64,000 bases of DNA from contig CATNEN010000029.1 of NCBI GenBank assembly GCA_950097015.1, forward strand, positions 3,224,001-3,288,000, written 5' to 3'. The position numbers were made by a program, and so were the translations under genes. Source of the stretch: Macrostomum hystrix (lineage: Eukaryota > Animalia > Platyhelminthes). This document shows positions 12,231 through 23,679 of the stretch, piece after piece. The stretch's first letter is position 1; the number at the start of each line of letters is the position of its first letter. Under the pieces are notes generated by a model. It ran no database searches. It was not told the DNA's origin and saw only the letters and a program-made list of their open reading frames with translations.

Positions 12231-12770
12231 TCACCACTCTTTTATTCTGTCTAATGTCATCAAAGGGTATTCGTGGCTTTACCTACTTGAATCTAAAATA
12301 GCTAGTATTAATGAAGCAAGAAATTCCTCTGTACTTTTTTGCTCGACATGTCTTTGCAATTATTGGATTCAAGAATACGATTCGTTTACTTGAGTACAAC
12401 TTTACAATCCTTTCTGACCCCAGCTGGGCCAGGTGGAAATTGGTCACTTGGAAAATGCGAGCGCTGATGCATTCACTTTCTCTCTTTGTCTCTCCATCGC
12501 TGTATTATCAGACGGGGACACATGCGAAATCTGTACTCACAAGGGAGGCAGATAGACGGGAAGATTCAGAGCATTAATAATGCATGTCTGGGGCAGCCTC
12601 ACTAATAAAAATGGCGAAGACGGCCCCAAGAAACGCGAGTGCTTCACGCTGTCGATCTCACACTATACACTATATATGCGGAATTCGGCATTTGATTTCT
12701 TAGAAACGATTCCTAGAAACAAACATTGTGCCCGTTTGAAGTTATCCCACGGATGTAGTTGGGATCAATG

Positions 12771-12866
12771 ATGACGTCAAATTCTAGTCACGGAAGCAGC
12801 AACAGTCGAGAACTGGCCTGCTTCCAGCAGTACCTGGACATCTTCTACTTCAATAGTCCGCAAATC

Positions 12867-12903
<37 letters not shown>

Positions 12904-13051
12904 CACTCACCGGAGGTAGTCAACGATGGCGACAACCTTCAATGCCAGCAGATCCCGGCGTTGCCAATGTTCAGCCGCGGCTGCCGAGCAAACTTTCCAG
13001 ATTGCTGCAGACCAGAGGAGCTTAGTAAGACGGCGACTGAGGTCGGGGATA
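12771..13051 (+). CDS. Possible exon containing a (CAG)12 run; reading frame unresolved
   Basis: GC-rich, open in two frames (polyQ or polyS), possible donor AG|GTGCAG near 13052. Confidence 0.3.
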
Positions 13052-13114
13052 GGTGCAGTCATTCCCGTTTTCGATTTCCGAATGGCAATTTTCCGATGAG
13101 GTATGGACTAAAAA

Positions 13115-13635
13115 ACTTCAATCCCAGATCCACTCATTCAAATCCCAGATCCACTCATTCAAATCCCAGATCCACTCCTTCAAATCCCAGATCCACTCAT
13201 TCAAATCCCAGATCCACTCATTCAAATCCCAGATCCACTCCTTCAAATCCCAGATCCACTCATTCAAATCCCAGATCCACTCATTCAAATCCCAGATCCA
13301 CTCATTCAAATCCCAGATCCACTCATTCAAATCCCAGATCCACTCCTTCAAATCCCAGATCCACTCATTCAAATCCCAGATCCATTCATTGAAATCCCAG
13401 ATCCACTCATTCAAATCCCAGATCCACTCATTCAAATCCCAGATCCATTCATTGAAATCCCAGATCCACTCATTCAAATCCCAGATCCACTCATTCAAAT
13501 CCCAGAGCGAGTAATAAAAATACTAGATTCACTCATTTAAACCCCAAATCCACTCATTCAAATCCCAGATCCACTCATTCAAATCCCAGATCCACTCATT
13601 CAAATCCCAGATCCACTCATTCAAATCCCAGAATC
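13115..13635. repeat. 21-bp minisatellite (aaatcccagatccactcattc)
   Basis: ~22 copies with one interruption at ~13505-13550. Confidence 0.9.
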
Positions 13636-14181
13636 CTAATTTGTGATCCCAGTGCGGTTCCTTCAGTCCCAAGAACCTTTCATTCAGATCACAGATCCCT
13701 TCTATCGAGACCCCAGATACTCAGAATTTAAATATTGCATTAGATCCCAGATCTTTAGAGTCGGATTATGGCTTCGGATCACAGATACTCGCATTCTGTA
13801 GATCCTCAAACTTGCGAAATCGACTGATGAAGAAATGAACAATGTTTCAAGACACGTCCTAGGGAGCATAGAAATTTCAGTAATAATTTCGATTAAATTA
13901 TTAAGATTATGATTAAAATAAAAAAAAGATTTAAAATTCCTGCTCACGCGCACCCCGTCTCATCTGTTTATGCGTTTTTCAACCTCATCGGGCGACAAAA
14001 AGAACAGAAAGCAATGTTTATTTAATATGAGAAAGAAGTATAAAGAACAATAATAAAAATCAAACCTTTTTTATTCCATGTATATCTGCGATCTGCGTAG
14101 TCTATGGCCAAAACTAAAAACCAAAACTCTCTTTTAACTGTCCGCAGTTCTGGTTTTTCACCGTTTCTATTCGCTAACCAG

Positions 14182-14484
14182 TCGATCGGCTCGGAGCAGG
14201 AGCAACAGCAGCGGCAGCAACAGCAGCGGCAGCAACAGCAGCAGCAGCAGCAGCAGCAGGCTATTCAAGCTTCAGAGGGCGACAGAAACAAGCGACGTGC
14301 GGTGGCACTGACGACGCCGTCCCAAATTGGCGGAGCATCGCGGAGTATTGAACTGCCAAATGCCTTCGTCAGCGGGGTGGGCGTTGCTTTCTCGGCAACA
14401 ATGACGGGGCTGACAGCGGCGCAGCAGGGGCAAGGGGGCAGTAAGCCGGGTAGGAATCGAGTGCAAGACCTTCAAGAGAAAAAT

Positions 14485-14527
<43 letters not shown>

Positions 14528-14566
14528 GCCAGCCGCCAATATGTGCCTCCGGGTCTAATTTAGCCG
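14182..14566 (+). CDS. Exon of orphan polyQ-rich gene
   Basis: Acceptor gctaaccAG| with branch-like CTAAC, two polyQ tracts, donor GCC G|GTATTA (phase 1) that joins in frame to the next exon. Confidence 0.55.
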
Positions 14567-14696
14567 GTATTATCATTTTATAGCTGCTTTCTTTCATTTT
14601 TATAATCATCATCTAAGTATTTTTTAATCAGATAGTATAAATTTTCTTCATATTTTTTACTTTTTTCATTTCCATCCACGAAAAAACATTGTCTAG

Positions 14697-14915
14697 ACGC
14701 AGTGTGCTCCGATATCCAATCAGAATCGGCGAGTGGCTACCCCCCAATCAGCCATTCGCAAATGATTGGCTCACTCGCAAATCCTACTGGAGCTGAAAGA
14801 GGCAGCCAATCGGAAATGAGAAGGCGTAGCGGTCCAGTTCTGGCAGCAACAGCCAATCAACAGCGTTCGTCAACTCTCAGATTGCCAGCCAATCAGAGCA
14901 GATCAGAAGATTTCG
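14697..14915 (+). CDS. Exon of orphan polyQ-rich gene
   Basis: Acceptor gtctAG|, phase-1 continuity, donor TTC G|GTGAGC. Confidence 0.6.
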
Positions 14916-14989
14916 GTGAGCTCACATCGGTGAGATCAGCTCATAACTCCCTCCCTCTTAACATCAATTTCCCTCTTTACCCTCCCCAG

Positions 14990-15147
14990 TTGTTGTCGAA
15001 AAGTTTTTCTTCGCCGATCCGTCAGCTGGTGGCAGCCAGCAGTTGCCACCAGTGTTTCTGCAACGGCTGAGCGAGCTGAGCGCACTTGAGGCGGAAACGG
15101 TGCGCCACGAGAAGATGAAGGCCGCCAAGCGAAAGCTTCGTTCTTAA
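14990..15147 (+). CDS. Terminal exon of orphan polyQ-rich gene (VVEKFFFADPSAGGSQQLPPVFLQRLSELSALEAETVRHEKMKAAKRKLRS*)
   Basis: Polypyrimidine acceptor ccctccccAG|, in frame after a 74-nt intron, TAA at 15145-15147, AATAAA at ~15183. Not in the ORF track because it has no start codon. Confidence 0.6.
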
Positions 15148-17190
15148 TTGCATGCTGAAGAAGCGCTTTTCGCACTCTGCTGAATAAAAAACAACTTGAA
15201 TTAAACAGTGCAATGGAATTGATAATCAACAATAAGCAATTAATTTACAAATTTTTATGACGACGCAAATGCGAAATAAAAAGTGCACGATCATTATCAC
15301 TCTCTCGTTTAGCCCAATAAATTCAATTATGATGCTTGAATTGAGCTTAAAAATATTACTTAGATGCATGGCTTGTACATGAGAGTGAATAAAGCCATCG
15401 AATAAGGGGGGTTTGTTTGCTAGTTTAATATACTAAATGAAAGTGCCGGATTCCTCAGCTGGGCTTGCACTTTTCCTCGTCTAGAACAGGGCTGGCATAC
15501 TAAAGTGGCACTGATCTACAAAGCTTATTTAAAAACTCTATCGGAAAATAGTAACTAAAGGCACCTAAAGCTTTGTGTAAATAAGTTAATGGACGCTTTA
15601 TAGATTTATAATTTGGTTGCTTACGATATGTAGGATAATTCAGTCAGTTTGATTTGATATTGTCATCAACAAAGTATATGGCTGAAGTGATACCTTAAAA
15701 ACGAAAATATTTTGCTCTATAGTCTATTGAACCTAATAGACTATCCTGAACAGATCTTTCATCAAATGAGTTAGCAAATCAGTATTAGAGCTTGTCTACT
15801 CCGCTTTCGTCTCTTCATGGTTCTGTAGTGTCGCGACTTTCGTCTCTGCCTTCTGTCCTCTATTCACTCTTTCGTTCTCTGCACTTTTCTTGTTTACATC
15901 GTCCAGTTCAATCTAGTTCTTTCTTCCTCGTTATCTCTGCGACTGATCTCTCATTCTCTATCCTTTCTTTCTTTCCTCCTTTCTGATTGGTTCGCCGCTC
16001 ACGTTCTAGCCTCCTCTCCTACCTTCAGTCGCGCACTCTTGTTATCGTACCGCCAACCCCCCTTCCTTATCGCTCTGTTAAACTTAAATATATATATATA
16101 TATTTTTGTTTTTTTAATAGATTTTTCATCAACTTTACTTTCGAAGTTTTTTAGTTTTTAAAACACATTGTTTTCATCACAATGTATTTTCTCATTGCGT
16201 CAACTTAAAGTTTTTAATGATAACAAAAATTTGGCGAAACCTCTGCCCACGAAAAGCCAAGCCAATCAGAGCGAAGGGCATAGAATAAGGGCTTGGGGTT
16301 TGGAAAGGGATGAGAGACACGGAGTGAATGTACATTGGCTGAAAAGTGGATAGAGTTGAAGAGCGCCAACCCCAAATGGAGGTGGCATGACTTGTTATCG
16401 GAGACTTCTCGCTGCTATTTAGGCTGCTCAAAAGTCAGCTTTTAGGCTCCAAGACAAGCTCTACTCTCGAACTTAACTCGAAACTCAAACTTAATGACTT
16501 ATAGTGTTTCGATTGCTAGTATACTTGGCTGCTTGCGAGCTGATATCTTGCTTCTTTTGCTAGTGCAGTTCTTTCGAAGAGAATCATTGATATTTTTTAG
16601 TTTTCATTGTATTTTTGTTTAGCCCAGTCTGAGCATTGCTTTGAAAGGGTCCCAGTTTGTATTGTGATTTGATGTAATTAATGCTATCGGCTATCAACGA
16701 CGAGATTTATTCGTTCGAAGTCAGTTGACATCAGCACAGATGTTAAATTCTGTCGTTCGATCGAATTTTCTAAATCAAATTGAAACATGTCTTATTGCCA
16801 TAACTGGAGGGATAAAAGAACATGCTCACGCGAAGGAGGTCTATATACTATTCGCTGGTGGTAGTGGAAATGTTTACATAGCAGAACTTAAACAAATCGG
16901 ATTAAAGCGGGACAAGACTGGGCAACCAAGGGTGGTAAATGACCAGATTCAAAGATTTAGGTCATGTGTTATTCAGTGATATGCCAGGGCAAAAAATATG
17001 ATAAAATCGAGATTGTCAATAATCAGCTTTTTAGTCAAAACAGCATAAAATGAGTTTGCTGAATCACTCGTCAAGCCTTAAAGGAGTTATGTCTCCTAAA
17101 ATGCTAGGTCCTTAATCTAGTCACCTTTCTCAATGGAGTCACGTGATCTAGTTTCTCAATGGAGTCACGTGATCTAGTTTCTCAATAAAG

Positions 17191-17709
17191 TCACGTGATT
17201 CTTTCTCCGGCCACCAAGCTAGGCAGCCTGGCCAGCCCCGTCAGGCCCGTGCTAAACTCGCGGCAGGCGCCGCCACCACCGTGGCCGCTCGACTGTGTGC
17301 CGGTTGTATCACCGCCGTCGCCGCGCAGGCAGGCGTAGATCTTCGGCAAGAAGAGGCATGCGCAGCAGGCATATGTGGTCAGCAGGATTCCTGACATGGA
17401 TACCACTGCCCGCTGCAGTCCGGTGGGCAGGAAAAAGTAGGCCGGAAAGTAGCAGAGCCACAGGCAGGCGGTGCTGAACGAGCACACAAAGATGCACATT
17501 GACTCCTTGAAATTGTTCGGCAGTTTCCTAGTAAGGTAGGCCAGAATGAGAGCTCCGGCAATGAGCAGCAGGTTCCAAGCGCCCGGCAGCAGCATCTGCA
17601 GCGGTGACACGGAGCAGACCTCTTCCACATCGGGCTCGTAGCGCACCAGTTGACGCTTCTGCACTACCGGAGCTCCGGTCAGCAAGGTGAGGCCTGTGAG
17701 GATTCCGGC
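17191..17709 (-). CDS. Class C GPCR, last exon (TM4 end to TM7 and C-tail)
   Basis: LAYLTRKLPNNFKESMCIFVCSFSTACLWLCYFPAYF...LFLPKIY is the 7tm_3 motif (TRKLPxNFNEAK...FxPKxY); acceptor catAG| at 17710. Confidence 0.9.
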   Translation of the reverse strand, partial: AGILTGLTLLTGAPVVQKRQLVRYEPDVEEVCSVSPLQMLLPGAWNLLLIAGALILAYLTRKLPNNFKESMCIFVCSFSTACLWLCYFPAYFFLPTGLQRAVVSMSGILLTTYACCACLFLPKIYACLRGDGGDTTGTQSSGHGGGGACREFSTGLTGLARLPSLVAGERIT

Positions 17710-17763
17710 CTATGAATTGTTTTGTCGGAGGATAACACAAGTTAACCTGAAGCTTGATGATGA

Positions 17764-18105
17764 CTGGTAGAGCGGTTAACACGGTCACCTCTCGCACCAA
17801 GGTCCCTGAGCTCGATTCCGCGGCGAGGCTACATTTATTTGATGCGCAGCCACGGAGAGAAGGCTTGCGGGCTTGTCGTGCAATATACGCCTTTTTGAGC
17901 CAATCTCCAATGCACAGTGAGAGTGTACACTGCCTGACGATGAGAAATTCAGGGCAGATGTACACTTGTGTGAGCGTGTGCCTGCGTACAGTATCTGTGT
18001 GTGTGGTCAGGAGTCAGAGAAATGGGCAGAATTGCCTCCTCGCTGGCTGCGGGTCCAGTACATCAAATGATGTGCCATTGCGCTCAGCCCTGTAGTTATT
18101 ATTTT
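17764..18105 (+). mobile_element. tRNA-derived SINE, family A copy
   Basis: A-box-like tggtagagcgg, B-box-like gagctcgattcc, body gagtgtacactgcctgacgatgagaaa and gcagaattgcctcctcgctggctgcgg shared with other copies, TTA tail. Confidence 0.8.
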
Positions 18106-19104
18106 GTTTTATTCACCTGAAGCTCCCGTCATGTCAATCTAGCCTCGGTATCAGTTAGTTACTTAGTATAGTTTAGTTTAGGATAAATAGCGAATTATAA
18201 TTGCGTAATTTGTGATCGTTTTTGTTCTACTGACAATCTTTGTAGTAAAACCAATACGCGAGGGAGTATCTAACGGAGCGCAGTCTTAGTCTGAGCCTTT
18301 TTATAATCATCTAGTCGAGGATAGCTTTAGGCACGCGTGGAATGTACCGGGAAGGTGTTTATCAAAAGTGTGCAAAAAGCTTTAGAAAAGTATTTCACCT
18401 TTCCCCCCCTAACAAACAATAGACACTCCTCGTACTTTTAGCATTTTTGTCATATAGACTCGTATGGAAAGAGGTGTTGATGCGATCACAATGACCCGAG
18501 ATCGTTAAGGAAGCCTTAGCTCATGTTGGATTAACGAGTTCCTTATCGCCACGCCGTAAGAAATTTAAATGAGCAAACATTACTAGGAGAGTTATCTGCT
18601 GGTGGAACTTTGCTAGCTGCAGCATGACAGCCATCTGCAGGGTTGCTGATGATCCTGAAAGATCTGGAGCCGATAATCTAGTTTGCTAAACGTGTCTGCC
18701 AAGCGATAGTTGGCGGAGCAATCTCTGCTCATTAGTCTCTCTGGTTTAGCATTCCATAACTTGATTATGAAGGAGGGCGCTTCTGCTCATCGCCTTCGAC
18801 AGCTTTCCTGATTTATTCTGAGCTGCACTCCATTAATTGTATTATTTGAGCACAGCTCAAAGTCAACAAAAGTGAGTTCAAGCTTCACTTTATCCTTGTC
18901 AAGTACTCGTCACACTTTCTCTATTGATGCCGCATTTACTGTGAGTGTTTCACACATGATGGAAAAGTACAAAATGTAGAACTTATTGCACCCTTCAACT
19001 CTTGTATTGTCGACTGTAGCGCACAGCGTTATTTTGTGCAACCCTTGTGTCCATGGCAGGCTATCAATATTTATTCAGAACTCGTATATATAGAGAAGAA
19101 ATAA

Positions 19105-19190
19105 ATTGCAGCTATAGCGTGGCGCTTCCAAAGCCTGTGTACAGCTGTTCAGTCGATGGACTGGAGAGGTTGCCACATCCACCCAAAATT
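19105..19190 (-). mobile_element. SINE family B 3' fragment
   Basis: gctgttcagtcgatggactgg is the reverse complement of the family B motif ccagtccatggactgaaca. Confidence 0.45.
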
Positions 19191-19340
19191 TCCATCCCAA
19201 CTGATGCTGTTGGAGCATTGGGGAATTAAGTGGCTTTCTCAAGGTCAAAAATAGTTTTGGGCAGGGATACGAATCAAAAACCGATGAATTATCAGTACTC
19301 GTTGGACCCCAAGAGACAGCAGGACTCCAGCTTAACAGAC

Positions 19341-19931
19341 CTGAACAGTGGTGACTCCGAATGCTCCGGCAAAGATGCAGGCGTCCGAGGCCCAGCGCGC
19401 CCTGGCAAGGCTGTCAGCCGCTCTGAACAGGCGGTAGATGCGCAGCGCCCGATTGGCCAGCAGGCCGAACAGCGCCGAATAGGAAAGGTGAAAGCCGTAG
19501 TAGGCTAAGCCGCAGATGGCGTTGCTAGCTGGGGCCAGGTGAACCAAGGCCAGAGAGTCCATGACTAGCAGGCAGGCCAGCACGGCTAGGCTGACTGGAA
19601 GCGACGTCGCCTTCACAATCTTAACTTGGCGTCTAGCGACGAAGTAGGCGAAGCTGGCGATCACCAGGGCGGCGTTGAGGCCGGCGGCCGGGCCGGCGAT
19701 GAGGCACACCGGGTCGCCCAGATTGATTCGGGTTGGCGGCACCGGCTGGCAGACTGCGCGTCGAGACTGGTCCGGCCAGGTGCCAACTGGGCAGGCACGG
19801 CAGGTGTTATCGACGGTGTCGGCCACCTCATCGCTGCGGCAGTCGCGACAGTCGAAGCAGCAGACGGCGGGCCGACCAGTAAGGCGGATCTGGCCGGGAC
19901 GGCACGGCTCCGAGCAAGCGGATTTCGGCAC
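19341..19931 (-). CDS. Class C GPCR exon: nine-cysteine domain (NCD3G) and TM1-TM4
   Basis: VPKSACSEPCRPGQIR...CCFDCRDC...CRACPVGTWPDQSRRAVC; joined by a 72-nt GT-AG intron (19932-20003) in phase 0; donor CAG|GTCTGT at 19340. Confidence 0.9.
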
Positions 19932-20003
19932 CTTTCGGGAGACAGACTTTTTACGAATTTACAGAAGGAAGACTCGAAAAATGACATCAGTTGCACTCCC
20001 TAC

Positions 20004-20609
20004 CAAAAGGCCGTCAGACTTGTGCGGATACCGAGACCACAGCAGCCGGCCTGGATCAACCAGCAGCTCTCGGTCTTTATCGTCGCTGAAAACTCCTAGC
20101 GGCTCGATGGCGTAGCTGTCGCCAGCCAGCGAGTCCTGCATCACCAGCATGAAGTTCTCGGGCTCACCATTGGCTTGAAACCGAACCGGCGTCCCGTACC
20201 GATTGGAGGCATTGAAGCTAACATTCAGGATGTCGCGGTAGAGCTCCGGACCGCTGATGCAGCCCTGTAGGGCGGACCGGTTGCCAGCGAGCGCGGCGGG
20301 ACATCGGGCCGACACATGACGGTGAAGGCCGTGAGCTATGGCCATGACGCTGTCGTACAACAGGTTCAGGTTCTCTACCTTGGGCGTTAGCGGACGCGTC
20401 GACTGAAGTAGGCTGCGGTTCGCGTTGGCATGGCAACCGGAATCGAGGACGTTCGGCTGAGCCAGATTGCAGTTGAACATGTAGCGCAGATAGGCGGAGC
20501 TGAGCGGATCACGCATCGCCTCCGAGACTTTGATTGACATGCCGCGCTCGAATCGCTCAGCGGGCAGGTTGGTTGACACGGGTCGAAAGTAGAGCGATGG
20601 CGCAACCAC
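20004..20609 (-). CDS. Class C GPCR exon: C-terminal half of Venus flytrap domain
   Basis: LYDSVMAIAHGLH...ISGPELYRDILNVSF...VRFQANGE matches the ANF-receptor YDAVYAxAHALH...LxNVSF...FDxNGD pattern; acceptor ccCAG| at 20610. Confidence 0.88.
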
Positions 20610-20782
20610 CTGGGCAAGGTGAGTGCACTGGAACTGATTGCACATCACAATGGCATTGCGACTGCGTGACAAGGCCTAAAGCTAAGATGACATCTGACTT
20701 CCATGAGCTTCCATGAAGGTATGATCACTTTAAATATATATTTTAGCTTATTATTATATAAATATAATAAGAAATAATACAG

Positions 20783-21141
20783 TGGGGTCGGTGGCAGAGC
20801 GGTTAACGCGGTCACCTCTCGCACCAAGGTCCCTGAGCTCGATTCCGCGGCGAGGCCACATGATTTGGGGCGCTGCCGCGGAGAGAAGGCTAGGGGGCTT
20901 GTCGTGCAATTTGCACCCTTGAGGGCCAACCTCCAAGGCACAGTGAGAGTGTACACTGCCTGACGATGAGAAAGTCAGGGCAGATGTACACACCCGTGTG
21001 AGTGGATGCCTGCGTATCTGTGTCCGTGTGTGCTCAGGAGTCAGCGAAACGGGCAGAATTGCCTCCTCGCTGGCTGCGGTTCTAGTGTCACCAAATGATG
21101 TGCCACTGCCCGCAGCCCTCCTGCAATTATTATTATTATTA
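20783..21141 (+). mobile_element. tRNA-derived SINE, family A (most complete copy)
   Basis: ggtggcagagcggttaacgcgg...gagctcgattccgcggcgaggcca head, shared body, (TTA)n tail. Confidence 0.85.
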
Positions 21142-21148
21142 AGCAATG

Positions 21149-21385
21149 GTGAGTAGGGTGAGCAACTCCTGGATTGGTGAGTGAGCAGCTCTTGGATTAG
21201 TGAGTAGGGTGAGCAACTCCTGGATTGGTGAGTGAGCAGCTCTTGGATTAGTGAGTAGGGTGAGCAACTCCTGGATTGGTGAGTGAGCAGCTCTTGGATT
21301 AGTGAGTAGGGTGAGCAACTCCTGGATTGGTGAGTGAGCAACTCCTGGATTGGAGGGTGGGTGAGCAGCTCCTGGATTGGTGCGT
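21149..21385. repeat. 51-bp minisatellite built from two related subunits, directly after the SINE tail
   Basis: gtgagtagggtgagcaactcctggattggtgagtgagcagctcttggatta repeated at 21149, 21200, 21251, 21302. Confidence 0.85.
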
Positions 21386-21954
21386 GTGCGTGCAATAATT
21401 AAATAATAGAAAGTTTCAAAATCACAAGAGAGATTTGATCGCTTCTGTATTTCTTGTTACAGTCTTTTGTTTCGCCATGGATTTGGCAACGGAAGATAAT
21501 GCATTCAACTACTGAGCAGAGAACAATGAAAGTTTTCCTTTCAATGTTGCGTGTCATTCATTTTCAAACGTTCATTTTTAAAAGTACCAGTACATCTTTT
21601 GATGCAGTACAATTCTAGCCTTCAATGGACTTTGATGAAATGGATGAGAGACGTTCTATTAAGATTCCGCCCCTATGGGGATTTTCGAACGGTTGAATTC
21701 AAAAGAGTATTCTCTTTAGATTTCCTTTTTGCGCACGCAATTCTTCTATAGACATTTTGTTCTTGATGTGCCGCGGGCCCAACATCAGTGTGTGAAGCTT
21801 GGCTTCTTTAGATTGTGAATAAAGTTTTAGCGAACTAAATTTCCTTCGAGTGTGATCTTTTTTGACATTGAATGTTATTATACGGTGTAATGAGGGGCGG
21901 ATTCAGTGGCTACCGCACCAATGTCCCTGAGACCGAATTCAGGTCGAGGCGCCA

Positions 21955-22070
21955 TATGAGTCATGCGCCATTTATGAGTCATGCGCCATATGAGTCATGC
22001 GCCATTTATGAGTCATGCGCCATATGAGTCATGCACCATTTATGAGTCATGCACCATTTATGAGTCATTC
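21955..22070. repeat. 16-18 bp tandem repeat (gagtcatgcgccat(t)tat)
   Basis: ~7 copies visible. Confidence 0.8.
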
Positions 22071-22134
22071 AGGTTGAAGATCTGTGGGATTTCTAACTGA
22101 GGGTGGGGATTAATCGAGGTTAATCGAGTGGAAA

Positions 22135-22375
22135 CAAGCCGTGGAGACAAGGCTTGGGGACTTCTACGCTTGTACAATTTATGACATTGAGGGCCAGCCC
22201 ACAAGGCCCTATCAGAGTGTACACTGCCTGACGATGAGAAAGTCAGGGCAGATGTGCACACCTGTATAGGTGTATGCCTTCGTATAGTACTCGTATCTGT
22301 GTTTTCATGGATCAACGGAATGCGCAGAACAATGTGATTCATCCGTGCTCACAGCCCCTGCAAACTATTATTATA
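22135..22375 (+). mobile_element. SINE family A, degraded copy
   Basis: Contains gagtgtacactgcctgacgatgagaaagtcagggcagatgtgcacacc and a cagccc...tattatt end. Confidence 0.7.
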
Positions 22376-22425
22376 CATTGTGTTGCGGTTTAAAAGCAGA
22401 AGCTTCCTTAGCCTGGATCACAAAC

Positions 22426-23379
22426 CTCTTTGTAGGCCTCGAGCGAAACAATGGCGTCGGCCAGCAGAAACGTGAACCGACGGCCCCATGAACTGGCGTT
22501 TGCCGATGCCAGCCTGGCCAGCAGAGGAGCCACCACATAGTCTGAAGCGGCCACCACCAGCACCCTCAGCCGTGGCATGGACTGCAGCTCGGCAGCCAGG
22601 CTGTCGATGGCTCCTCTGTTGGAAGCGGAAGATGGAGAGGATGGCCAGAGCGGAGACCAGGCCAACGCAGACTCCGCTGTCAGGCGCCAGGGTGGTGAAA
22701 GCCAGGCGAAACGACTCGCCGTAGCTGTCGTCGGCGTGCAACAATCCGACCAGCTGCCAGTTGAAATGTCTAGCGAATCGCAGCATCAGAGCTGCCTGAG
22801 CGTCAACCGGAGCCGCCACTCTGGTAAAGTACGGATGGCGGGACCTGTCTGAGAGCTCGTCGCTTGTTGACATCGACGATACCAGTGGCATGTGCAGCAG
22901 CTGCAGGTAGGTGGAGGCCAGAATGGAGCTGGCACTGTAGTAGCAGCAGGCGGCGGCCACGACCTTGATGGGTACCGCTGCCGGCCTGTCGTAGATGCCG
23001 ATGTCGGCTCCGCCAGAGTCGTAGTAGGTTGGCCAAGGCGGCGCGGCGAATTTAGTGAGATAGCGCAGGGTGACCCGATCGAAGTTGCACGAATCGTAGG
23101 CCAGGAAGCCGAGAGTGACATTTGGCAGCAGATCAGGTCGAGCGTTGGCATCCTCAATCGCCCACCGCATCGCCAGGTAGTACAGGTAGGGATGGTAGAC
23201 GTTGCTGAGGTCGTCATCGCTGTCAACGTTGCATCGATAATAAGTGACCGGCGCGTCTATTGCAATGTGTAGATCGCCGGCCTCATAGGTGACCACGTCA
23301 CGCCTGGGCTCGTCAACGCCCGTGGCTCGGGCGCCAGACAGAATTGCGGCCAGCAGCAACCAGCCGCGACCAGCGGACT
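22426..23379 (-). CDS. Class C GPCR exon: signal peptide end and N-terminal Venus flytrap half; contains one frameshift near 22645
   Basis: AMRWAIEDANARPDLLPNVTLGFLAYDSC...STSDELSDRSRHPYFTRV...FNWQLVGLLHADDSYG, then homology continues in another frame (RVLVVAAS...RFTFLLAD); donor GAG|GTTTGT at 22425. Start exon not identified. Confidence 0.85.
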
Positions 23380-23514
23380 CTTAGTATTTTTTGAAAGACA
23401 AAAGCAGTTCCTTTTGTTGGTTTATTGTGTCACATTTTACAGCTATCAACCGGTGTTATTGAATTGCACCAACTGAAATAACACGAGCTAAAGAAAAGAA
23501 GACCAGTCAGTACT

Positions 23515-23660
23515 TTTAGCACTGTGGTTAGGAGTTTCGGACTTCTGACGTACAGTTCGAATCTCAGCCACAGGGAAACAATTTGTGTCCTTGAGCAGTA
23601 AGCACATTATTTCCATATCTCCATTATTTCCAAACTAAGCCTGAGTAGGTGCCAATTCAA
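23515..23660 (+). mobile_element. Degenerate tRNA-headed SINE (family B-like)
   Basis: gtggttagg A-box, gttcgaatc B-box, then acaatttgtgtccttgagc as in the 62188 copy. Confidence 0.5.
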
Positions 23661-23679
23661 CAAAGCGTATTATCTATCA

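Noticed and set aside
9447-13514. PolyP, polyE, polyL, QQQHHCY and SQIHSFK ORFs
   Set aside because: Repeat-derived and open in several frames and both strands; kept only as a low-interest question.
16725-16979. 84-aa ORF
   Set aside because: AT-rich, no recognisable homology or clear splice sites.
18290-18800. Structured RNA or snoRNA candidate (tgatga...ctga words)
   Set aside because: No terminal stem or rRNA-complementary guide identifiable by eye.
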